Positions 14,620 to 21,569 of a DNA stretch of 33,976 nucleotides are shown piece after piece (the stretch's first letter is position 1; each line of letters starts with the position of its first letter). The notes under the pieces were generated by a model that was not told the DNA's origin, searched no databases, and saw only the letters and a list, made by a program, of their open reading frames with translations. Made by a program: the position numbers and the translations under genes. Source of the stretch: an uncultured Gammaproteobacteria bacterium (GTDB lineage Bacteria > Patescibacteriota > Microgenomatia > JAMCZE01); NCBI GenBank assembly GCA_964603445.1, contig CAZRUW010000099.1:1-33976 (forward strand), written 5' to 3'.

Positions 14620-14865
14620 TTAACTTTTGGCAGTGGCAGAGAGTACCTCGAGAACCCTAAAGTGTTTTGTTTTACTGTAGGGTCGGGACTTAACAAGCCG
14701 GACTTTGCTTCCGACCTGAATGTTGGCAATCTGGTTATGGGCAACTATCTTAGTCGTCCGCTTCAAGATTTTCTTGTACCTGGGATGGCGAAAAACATAG
14801 TTAATGGCGACGGTGACCGTCTGAGGTGTTTTATTTGAGATGACAGTTCCATCAAGAGTTTGCAT
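14620..14865 (-). CDS. rpsQ: 30S ribosomal protein S17
   Basis: Contains GTVISNKTPQTVTVAINYVFRHPRYKKILKRTTKIVAH. Confidence 0.94.
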   Translation of the reverse strand: MQTLDGTVISNKTPQTVTVAINYVFRHPRYKKILKRTTKIVAHNQIANIQVGSKVRLVKSRPYSKTKHFRVLEVLSATAKS

Positions 14866-15061
14866 AAAGTTCCTTTCCTTTTTTGATACTTAATATCCTT
14901 GCCAGATCGCGACAGAGGTTTTTGGCCAGGTTGGTGTTTTTGGCTTTCCTGGTCGCTATTTCCATTTTGGCTTTAACAATTTGGGCACGTAAATCCCCCG
15001 AGAGCTTCTCCAGTTCCGGAATGGTTTTATTATTAAGATCAGTAACGTCCTTTTTCTTCAT
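14852..15061 (-). CDS. rpmC: 50S ribosomal protein L29
   Basis: 69 aa and helical (ELEKLSGDLRAQIVKAKMEIATRK). It sits between rplP and rpsQ and overlaps rpsQ by 14 nt. Confidence 0.9.
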   Translation of the reverse strand: MKKKDVTDLNNKTIPELEKLSGDLRAQIVKAKMEIATRKAKNTNLAKNLCRDLARILSIKKGKELYANS

Positions 15062-15069
15062 ATTCAGGA

Positions 15070-15483
15070 TTACTCTTTCTGAATGAATTTAGTTCTCACG
15101 GATAGTTTGTGACCGGCGCGCCGCATGGCTTCCTGAGCCATTTCTTTGGTAATTCCTCCCATTTCAAAGAGAACCAGGCCGGGTCGGGCCACCGCTACAT
15201 AAACGGCTACTTCACCTTTTCCGCCGCCACCACGGTGATCAAGCGGCTGTTTAGTAACGGGCTTATTGGGAAACATCCGAACCCAGACCCGGCCGCCTTT
15301 AGCCGTAAAATGGGTCAGAGTCTTACGGGCAGATTCTATCTGATTGGCACTGACCCAGCCGCGGGTCTGAGCAACCAGACCAAAGTCCCCAAAAGCCAAA
15401 GTATTGCCGCGAGCGGCCATCCCCGGCATTTGTCCTTTAAAAGTTTTTCGATATTTAACTCGTCTTGGTGCTAAAAGCGGCAT
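15070..15483 (-). CDS. rplP: 50S ribosomal protein L16
   Basis: Starts MPLLAPRRVKYRKTFKG and contains ...RMGGGKG-like GGGGKGE. Confidence 0.95.
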   Translation of the reverse strand: MPLLAPRRVKYRKTFKGQMPGMAARGNTLAFGDFGLVAQTRGWVSANQIESARKTLTHFTAKGGRVWVRMFPNKPVTKQPLDHRGGGGKGEVAVYVAVARPGLVLFEMGGITKEMAQEAMRRAGHKLSVRTKFIQKE

Positions 15484-15486
15484 AGT

Positions 15487-16221
15487 TTAGTTACTGATTG
15501 TTTGTGTTACTGGTTGCTGATTACTGGTTGCCGGCAGACATATCCAGACTTTGACTCCGACATAACCGGAGCGGGTGTACGCCGGGTAGGCAGCAAAGTC
15601 AATTTTTTCCTTAACAGAACTTAGGGGGACTACTCCGGCCTGCTCATGTTCCACCCGAGCGATTTCCGCTCCGCCAATACGGCCCCCAAGCCGAACACGA
15701 ACACCTTTCGCTCCGGCGGCCATAACTCTTTCAACCGTTTGTTTGAGAACTCTTTTTGCAGGAAGTCTTTTCGCCAGTTGATCAGCAATGCTCACAGCCA
15801 CAAGTTGAGCATCAAGATTTGGCTCTTTTATCGGTTCGACTTTGATATCAACCTTGGGGGCGTTTTTTAGGCCCGCATCCCGCCGGCTGGCGGGAGAGGA
15901 CCGCAAGCTCTGCTTATCGCTGGTTTTGACTTTTAATAGTTGAGTCATAATATATTTTTTAAGGTCTTCCATTCCGGTCCCGCCGCGGCCAATGACAACC
16001 CCGGGCCTGGAAACATAGAGAATCAGGCCAATGCGATTAATTGACCGTTCTATTTCCACCCTGGCAATACCAGCCGGCTTGAGGCGGGTCATCAAGGCTT
16101 TGCGAATGCGCACGTCATCAAGCAGGAGGTTTTGGTACCTTTTGTCGGTGGCGAACCAACGGGACGTCCAGGTGTAGACTGGACCTAAACGAAAAGCGAT
16201 GGGATGAACTTTGTTACCCAT
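15487..16221 (-). CDS. rpsC: 30S ribosomal protein S3, carrying an in-frame repeat-element insertion
   Basis: Contains MGNKVHPIAFRLG and GGRIGGAEIAR. The extra segment DKQSLRSSPASRRDAGL is encoded by 15867-15918. Confidence 0.95.
   Translation of the reverse strand: MGNKVHPIAFRLGPVYTWTSRWFATDKRYQNLLLDDVRIRKALMTRLKPAGIARVEIERSINRIGLILYVSRPGVVIGRGGTGMEDLKKYIMTQLLKVKTSDKQSLRSSPASRRDAGLKNAPKVDIKVEPIKEPNLDAQLVAVSIADQLAKRLPAKRVLKQTVERVMAAGAKGVRVRLGGRIGGAEIARVEHEQAGVVPLSSVKEKIDFAAYPAYTRSGYVGVKVWICLPATSNQQPVTQTISN
15867..15918 (-). repeat. copy of the GNUCC/GGGNC hairpin element inside the rpsC coding sequence
   Basis: The plus strand reads TTAGGCCCGCATCCCGCCGGCTGGCGGGAGAGGACCGCAAGCTCTGCTTATC. It matches the 33433 copy at 21/22 over GAGGAYCGCAAGCTCTGCTTAT. 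Confidence 0.8.
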
Positions 16222-16284
16222 ACGTTCCCGACCGAACGAAGTGCGTGGCGAGATCTCGCTATTTTGACAAGATCCTTCGACTCG

Positions 16285-16620
16285 CTACCGCTCGCTCAGG
16301 ATTACAGTAATATGTGATGTTCTCTTTTGAATCAGGCCTTCCCGACCAGGCCGGTGACTGGTGTCACGCCGTTTCATTTTTATCCCCTCGTCAACCAAAA
16401 TATTCTTAATTTTCAAGTCTTCGACTTTTACTTTTCCGGTTTGTGTCGCGTTAGCAATAGCCGACTGCAAAGTTTTGAGAACCGGAAGGCTGGCGGATCG
16501 GGCCGTAAAGGTCAATTTTTCCATAACCTTCGCCGGGGGCAACTTTTTTAAGGCTGCCACAATAAGCCGAATTTTCCTGGGGCTGACACGAATGTTTTTT
16601 GACTTCGCGACAAATTCCAT
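16285..16620 (-). CDS. rplV: 50S ribosomal protein L22
   Basis: Contains KNIRVSPRKIRLIVAAL. Confidence 0.94.
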   Translation of the reverse strand: MEFVAKSKNIRVSPRKIRLIVAALKKLPPAKVMEKLTFTARSASLPVLKTLQSAIANATQTGKVKVEDLKIKNILVDEGIKMKRRDTSHRPGREGLIQKRTSHITVILSER

Positions 16621-16622
16621 AT

Positions 16623-16907
16623 TTAAGTTTTGGTTAATACCCGAGCAACAATTCGACCATGAGTATGGAAGGTCCGTGTCGGGGCAAATTCGCCGAGCCG
16701 ATGGCCGACCATAGCCTCAGTAATAAAGACCGGTATGTGCACCCGACCGTTATGGACAGCAAGAGTGACCCCCACAAAATCCGGCGGAATTTGACAGTCC
16801 CGAGACCAGGTTTTTATGGGAGTTTTATCCCCGGTGTTCTTGGCACTGATTACTTTGGCCAAAAGTTTTTGGTCAACATAGGGTCCTTTTTTGCTTGATC
16901 TGGCCAT
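16623..16907 (-). CDS. rpsS: 30S ribosomal protein S19
   Basis: Starts [16 protein letters not shown] and contains ...[28 protein letters not shown]. Confidence 0.95.
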   Translation of the reverse strand: MARSSKKGPYVDQKLLAKVISAKNTGDKTPIKTWSRDCQIPPDFVGVTLAVHNGRVHIPVFITEAMVGHRLGEFAPTRTFHTHGRIVARVLTKT

Positions 16908-16918
16908 TTTTGTTTACA

Positions 16919-16958
16919 GTTCAGAGTTCACGGTTCACAGAAAGTTTTCAGTGTGAAC
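16919..16958. repeat. GTTCAS heptad array plus inverted GTGAAC, the same heptamer as at 5091-5156
   Basis: GTTCAG is at 16919, GTTCAC at 16926 and 16933, and GTGAAC at 16953-16958. GTTCACGGTTCAC is shared verbatim with 5091-5103. Confidence 0.8.
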
Positions 16959-16973
16959 GCGATCTGCTGCGAA

Positions 16974-17798
16974 CTACCGTTTTCTCCTTTCGACGATGTA
17001 TTTATCACTGTATTTGCCTTTTTTTCTTGTCAGTTTGCCCCGGGCGGGTTTACCCCAAGGTGTTTTCGGATTCATTCCCTCACCACTGCGTCCCTCCCCG
17101 CCACCATGAGGATGGGTTCGGGGGTTTTGGGCCGTGCCCCGAACTTTGGGTCGTATCCCCAGGTGCCGACTGCGTCCCGCTTTTCCCAGGGTAATATTTT
17201 TCCACTCGACGTTATCCAAAGCCCCAACAGTGGCAAAACAGTCTTTATTTATGAGTCTTGTTTCTCCAGAAGGGAGCTTTATTGTAACGTAATCTCCCTC
17301 TTTTGCCAATATGACAGCTCCGGTTCCGGCCCCCCGGACTATTTGACCTCCCTGACCAGGGATAATTTCGATATTGTGAATTGCCGTTCCAATTGGGAGT
17401 TGGGAGAGAGGAAGGGCGTTGCCTATTTTGTTTTCGGCCTCTTTCCCTGACCCCACTGTTTCCCCAACTTTGAGCCCTTCGGGGTGAAGGATGTAACGCT
17501 TTTCCCCGTCACTGTATTGGACAAGAGAGATGTTGGCCGTCCTGTTGGGATCATATTCCACGGAAACAACCTCGCCGGTAATGCCATATTTGTCTCTTTT
17601 GAAGTCAATAAGACGATAGAGTCTTTTCTCCCGGCCACCAATATGGCGGCTGGAAATGTGGCCGCTCTGATCACGACCGGATCTTTTGGGTAAGGTCTGG
17701 GTCAGACCCTTTTCCGGAACTGCCGCCGTCAAAATTGAACGGTAGTTTAAACCGGTCATGAAACGCCTGGTCATGGTGCCTCGTAATTTTTTAAGCAT
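16974..17798 (-). CDS. rplB: 50S ribosomal protein L2
   Basis: Contains [10 protein letters not shown] and is 274 aa. Confidence 0.96.
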   Translation of the reverse strand: MLKKLRGTMTRRFMTGLNYRSILTAAVPEKGLTQTLPKRSGRDQSGHISSRHIGGREKRLYRLIDFKRDKYGITGEVVSVEYDPNRTANISLVQYSDGEKRYILHPEGLKVGETVGSGKEAENKIGNALPLSQLPIGTAIHNIEIIPGQGGQIVRGAGTGAVILAKEGDYVTIKLPSGETRLINKDCFATVGALDNVEWKNITLGKAGRSRHLGIRPKVRGTAQNPRTHPHGGGEGRSGEGMNPKTPWGKPARGKLTRKKGKYSDKYIVERRKR

Positions 17799-17799
17799 A

Positions 17800-18102
17800 C
17801 TATTTCGGGCTTGGGCTCTCAGTCACGTCAAAAAGTTCAATTTTTTGTCCTTCGGCTACTTGGACTACAGCTTTTTTCCAAGGACTGGTCTTTACTTCTT
17901 GGCGCGTTTTGCCGGTCCGTCTGTTTTTGCCTTTAAAAATCATTGTTTTAACACCGAGAGCTTTAACTCCAAAACCACTAGTGACATCGTGGGCAATTTC
18001 TGCCTTGTTCGCTTCCTTTTTAACCATAAAAGTATAACGGCCAATGGAGGCATCCTGCATGGATTTTTCAGTAATAATAGGTTTAATTAAAACACTGGTC
18101 AT
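17800..18102 (-). CDS. rplW: 50S ribosomal protein L23
   Basis: Contains [10 protein letters not shown] and sits between rplD and rplB. Confidence 0.92.
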   Translation of the reverse strand: MTSVLIKPIITEKSMQDASIGRYTFMVKKEANKAEIAHDVTSGFGVKALGVKTMIFKGKNRRTGKTRQEVKTSPWKKAVVQVAEGQKIELFDVTESPSPK

Positions 18103-18839
18103 TTTTTCAAAGAGACTTTTTTAACTTTAACAGGTCTTGGTTCAACCGTCTTTTTAGTTTGGATATTTTTATCAAGCTTTATTGGAGAGTTCTTAGTCCT
18201 AGTCTTTGATACTATTTTTTTAGTATTTTTAATTTGGGCAGGCCCTCGCAAAGCAGAGACAGCCTCTTCCATAAAGAGGACTTTTCCGGCTTTGAGGACT
18301 TCATAAGGGTAGAGCCGGTTGATGTAATTAACAGTGACTCCTGGGATGTTTTGAGCGGCACGGCGGACATTTTCTCTGGGAATATCGGTAACCACCAACA
18401 AAGGTTTTTGTTCCCCATTGAGGCCGGTGAGAAACTTTGCCAGTTCGGCTGTTTTTCCACTGAGTTTTTCCAGGCCGGAAACAACAGACAGGTTTTTATT
18501 TTTCACTTGCGCACTGAGGGCTCCAAACAGAGCCCTTTTTTTCATCCTTTGGGGGAAAGAAAGAGAGTAATCCCGAGGTTTGGGAGCAAAAGCCACTCCG
18601 CCGCCGACAAAGATGGGGGCCTTTCGATCACCGTGTCTGGCACCGCCGGTGCCTTTTTGTTTGTAAAGTTTTTTTCTGGTTCTTTCCACCTCAGCGCGGG
18701 TTTTAGCGCTTTGAGTTCCTTGTCTCTGGTTGGCCAAAAAGATACGAACGGCCTGAGCCAGAAGTTGTGGAGTTGCTTCGGCTTGGAAAATTTCCTCGGG
18801 TAATTCTGGTTTCTCAACAATTTTGAGCATAAGTTTCAC
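18099..18839 (-). CDS. rplD: 50S ribosomal protein L4
   Basis: Contains KQKGTGGARHGDRKAPIFVGGGVAF. The start is either GTG at 18839 or ATG at 18830. It has a long Lys-rich C-terminal tail and a 4-nt overlap with rplW. Confidence 0.93.
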   Translation of the reverse strand: MKLMLKIVEKPELPEEIFQAEATPQLLAQAVRIFLANQRQGTQSAKTRAEVERTRKKLYKQKGTGGARHGDRKAPIFVGGGVAFAPKPRDYSLSFPQRMKKRALFGALSAQVKNKNLSVVSGLEKLSGKTAELAKFLTGLNGEQKPLLVVTDIPRENVRRAAQNIPGVTVNYINRLYPYEVLKAGKVLFMEEAVSALRGPAQIKNTKKIVSKTRTKNSPIKLDKNIQTKKTVEPRPVKVKKVSLKK

Positions 18840-18864
18840 TTGAGAAAGTCTGACCTTTTAAAGA

Positions 18865-19470
18865 TCAAGCCTTTTTTATTCTTAAGAAAGTATTCCTCCC
18901 TCCGGGAACAAGTCCTTTAATTAACAACAAATTTTCTTCCGGTTTGACCGCAAAAATTTCAAGATTGGGAACAGTTGTTTGGGTATTTCCCATGTGTCCG
19001 GCCATTCTTTTGCCTTTGTAGACTCGGCCCGGGGTGGTGGTTTGGCCAATAGATCCGGGGTGGCGCAGCCTGTCTGATTGGCCGTGAGTTTTTGGCCCGC
19101 CAGCAAAGCCGTGGCGGCGAACCACACCCTGAAAGCCTTTACCCTTAGTTGTTCCGGTGACTTTGACCTTATCCCCGGAGTTAAAAACGTCGGAGATGGT
19201 TATTTTTTCTCCGACGGGTTTGTTTTCGAAATTCATTTCTCGGATATATTTAGGGGAAATTTTTTCAGGCTTGCCCTGGACGGAGTCGAAGGGGAGGTTT
19301 TTGAGAAGGCCGGTGAGGGGTTTAGAGAGGGTTTTTTTGTGGCCAAAAGCAACTTGTCTATTATTAACCACAATCATCGGTTCCACTTTGACCATGGTAA
19401 TCGGCCACCGTCGTCCAACGGAGTCATAATCCTGTGATTGACCAAGCTTGAAACCGTAAAATGTATCCAT
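18865..19470 (-). CDS. rplC: 50S ribosomal protein L3
   Basis: Contains GKGFQGVVRRHGFAGGPKTHGQSDRLRHPGSIG. I chose the ATG at 19468-19470; the track extension MAPSGAIFLS is a read-through of the terminator-like hairpin. Confidence 0.93.
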   Translation of the reverse strand: MDTFYGFKLGQSQDYDSVGRRWPITMVKVEPMIVVNNRQVAFGHKKTLSKPLTGLLKNLPFDSVQGKPEKISPKYIREMNFENKPVGEKITISDVFNSGDKVKVTGTTKGKGFQGVVRRHGFAGGPKTHGQSDRLRHPGSIGQTTTPGRVYKGKRMAGHMGNTQTTVPNLEIFAVKPEENLLLIKGLVPGGRNTFLRIKKA

Positions 19471-19473
19471 AGA

Positions 19474-19498
19474 CAAAAAAATAGCCCCGGATGGGGCC
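19474..19498 (-). terminator. terminator/attenuator-like hairpin immediately upstream of the rplC ATG
   Basis: The minus strand reads GGCCCC-AUCC-GGGGC-UAUUUUUUUGUCU-AUG. The stem is 5 GC pairs and is followed by a 7-U run. Confidence 0.55.
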
Positions 19499-19562
19499 AT
19501 CAGGCTTCCCTACATCCGACTAAGTCAGTTAGTGAGTTTAGGGCTTACTAACATGTAGGGGA

Positions 19563-19592
19563 ATTATACCCCACGGGGTTAGGGGATTGCAA
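19563..19592 (-). promoter_or_regulatory. candidate promoter TTGCAA-N18-TATAAT in the rpsJ-rplC spacer
   Basis: On the minus strand, TTGCAA is at 19587-19592 and TATAAT at 19563-19568. The hexamers and spacing are identical to the candidate upstream of the tuf leader. Confidence 0.55.
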
Positions 19593-19719
19593 GGGCGGAG
19601 AGAAAAAATTTGGTCAGCAGTCGGTTATTTAGGCTCTAACCTTTCCCTTTGGAGAAATAACTATTACTGTGCCAAAGAATGGGTCTACTAACGTTTGAGT
19701 GCCATCAGACTGAAGACTA

Positions 19720-20028
19720 CTACATTTTAATTTCGATGTCTACCCCCGCCGGGAGTTCCAGGTGCATGAGGGAATCAATGGTTTTGTCGGTGGGTTCGAT
19801 AATGTCGATGAGACGTTTGTGAACTTTGATCCAGAAGTGCTCCTGGGAATCTTTATCAGTGAAAGGTGATTGACCAACAGTGATGAGGCTTTTTTCAGTG
19901 GGAAGAGGCACGGGACCAACAACCTTGGCGCCGGTACGAACGGCAGTGTCAAGAATTTGCTGGCAGGTAGAGTCCAGAACGCGGCCGTCGTAGGCCTTGA
20001 GCCGGACGCGAATTCTTCCTTTCGGCAT
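19720..20028 (-). CDS. rpsJ: 30S ribosomal protein S10
   Basis: Contains IRVRLKAYD...VGPVPLPT and is 102 aa. Confidence 0.95.
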   Translation of the reverse strand: MPKGRIRVRLKAYDGRVLDSTCQQILDTAVRTGAKVVGPVPLPTEKSLITVGQSPFTDKDSQEHFWIKVHKRLIDIIEPTDKTIDSLMHLELPAGVDIEIKM

Positions 20029-20134
20029 TTGTCAAAAGGTCCTTTACCCTAAGGCCCAAGTCCAAAGGGCAAGTTCCACTTTCAAAGAGCAAAGTGTAAG
20101 TAACTTAAGTTACTTAAGAATCTTAAGGAACTTA

Positions 20135-21322
20135 TTAGGCAATAATTTTTGTCACGGCACCGGCCCCAACTGTTTTACCGCCTTCGCGGATGGCAAAACG
20201 CATGCCGTCCTCCATGGCGACAGGCTGGATTAATTTGACCTTCATTTTGGCGTTGTCGCCCGGCATGACCATCTCCACACCTTCCTGCAAGGTCACTTCA
20301 CCCGTCACATCCGTGGTGCGGATGTAGAACTGTGGCCGGTAACCGGAAAAGAACGGGGTGTGCCGCCCGCCCTCTTCTTTGGCCAGGATATAGACCTGGG
20401 CTTCAAACTCAGTGTGGGGGGTGATTGACCCGGGTTTGGCGATAACCTGGCCCCTTTCAACCTGCTCCTTTTCGATGCCCCGAAGCAAAAGGCCGACGTT
20501 ATCGCCAGCTTGACCTTCGTCAAGTTGTTTTCGGAACATTTCAACCCCGGTAACAACAGTTTTCTGGGTCGGTTTGAGGCCAACAATTTCGACCTCCTCA
20601 TTGACTTTAACGACACCGCGCTCAATTCGGCCCGTGACGACAGTTCCGCGTCCCTTGATGGAAAAGACGTCCTCAATGGGCATGAGGAAGGGTTTATCCA
20701 GCTCGCGAACCGGGGTAGGAATATAGCTGTCAACGGCATCCATGAGTTCCATAATGTGCTTTTCCTCTTCCGGGTCACCTTCAACAGCTTTAAGAGCTGA
20801 CCCTTTAATCACCGGGGCTTTTTCGCCGTCAAAACCATATTTAGTCAAGAGTTCCCGGACCTCAACCTCGACAAGATCAAGAAGTTCCTTATCGGTAACC
20901 ATGTCAACCTTGTTAAGGAAGACAACAATAGCCGGGACATTAACCTGTTTTGCCAACAGCAAATGCTCCCGGGTTTGAGCCATGGGACCATCAGCGGCGG
21001 AAACCACCAGGCTGGCACCGTCGACCTGAGCAGCGCCGGCGATCATGTTTTTGATGTAGTCGGCGTGGCCCGGCATGTCAATGTGGGCATAGTGTCTTTT
21101 GTCGGTTTCGTATTCGACGTGGGCGATGTTAATGGTGACGCCACGGGCTTTTTCTTCAGGAGCGCTGTCAATGTCCTCGTAATTCATCGCCTTGGCGAAG
21201 CCTTTTTTGGCGAGAACCTTAGTGATGGCTGAAGTGAGGGTAGTTTTACCGTGGTCGACGTGACCCATGGTCCCAATGTTAACGTGGGGTTTGTCACGGA
21301 TGAATTTTGCTTGATCAGCCAT
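20135..21322 (-). CDS. tuf: elongation factor Tu
   Basis: Has the GTPase motifs [18 protein letters not shown] and NKVD, and is 395 aa. Confidence 0.97.
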   Translation of the reverse strand: MADQAKFIRDKPHVNIGTMGHVDHGKTTLTSAITKVLAKKGFAKAMNYEDIDSAPEEKARGVTINIAHVEYETDKRHYAHIDMPGHADYIKNMIAGAAQVDGASLVVSAADGPMAQTREHLLLAKQVNVPAIVVFLNKVDMVTDKELLDLVEVEVRELLTKYGFDGEKAPVIKGSALKAVEGDPEEEKHIMELMDAVDSYIPTPVRELDKPFLMPIEDVFSIKGRGTVVTGRIERGVVKVNEEVEIVGLKPTQKTVVTGVEMFRKQLDEGQAGDNVGLLLRGIEKEQVERGQVIAKPGSITPHTEFEAQVYILAKEEGGRHTPFFSGYRPQFYIRTTDVTGEVTLQEGVEMVMPGDNAKMKVKLIQPVAMEDGMRFAIREGGKTVGAGAVTKIIA

Positions 21323-21375
21323 ATTTTTTTAAGACAAAAATATATAACTCCTTATTAAGGTTCAACCTTGATTGT

Positions 21376-21540
21376 AAACTTCTTTGGACTGAAAGTCCAA
21401 AGTCTTCCCCGGAAGTTTAATGAAGCTCACGGAAACTCTGGCATCACTAAACGGCACTTTTTGCCTTCGGCAGAAGTTTTAATCTGTTCGCATTTACCTC
21501 TTGTCTAAAGACAAGAGTTTCCTGCGAGTTGATTATAAAA
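21376..21540 (-). promoter_or_regulatory. structured leader element, copy B (fusA|tuf spacer)
   Basis: It is the paralogue of 14451-14619, with the same conserved blocks and covarying helices. A further 53 nt separate it from the tuf ATG. Confidence 0.65.
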
Positions 21541-21561
21541 TAGCCTCGTTAACCTTTGCAA
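21532..21561 (-). promoter_or_regulatory. candidate promoter TTGCAA-N18-TATAAT for tuf
   Basis: On the minus strand, TTGCAA is at 21556-21561 and TATAAT at 21532-21537. The -10 box coincides with the conserved end block of the leader element. Confidence 0.55.
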
Positions 21562-21569
21562 GACCCAAA

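Noticed and set aside
14481-14838. ORFs 14481-14744 (-) and 14497-14838 (+) span the rpsQ-rplN spacer.
   Set aside because: They overlap rpsQ and the conserved leader element. The paralogous copy upstream of tuf does not preserve any reading frame, so the conservation is at the RNA/DNA level.
19501-19562. I considered a tRNA or other small RNA gene in the multi-stem region of the rpsJ-rplC spacer.
   Set aside because: No T-loop (GGTTCRANYC), D-loop or 7-bp acceptor geometry is present. The region is better explained as a leader downstream of the candidate promoter.
20029-20134. The palindrome TAAGTAACTTAAGTTACTTA in the tuf-rpsJ spacer might be a terminator or operator.
   Set aside because: It is a perfect 10-bp palindrome but AT-rich, has no loop and has no U-run. 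A similar AAGT.ACTTAAGTTAC string occurs at 10884-10897. I list it only as another low-complexity palindromic spacer, with no specific function supported.
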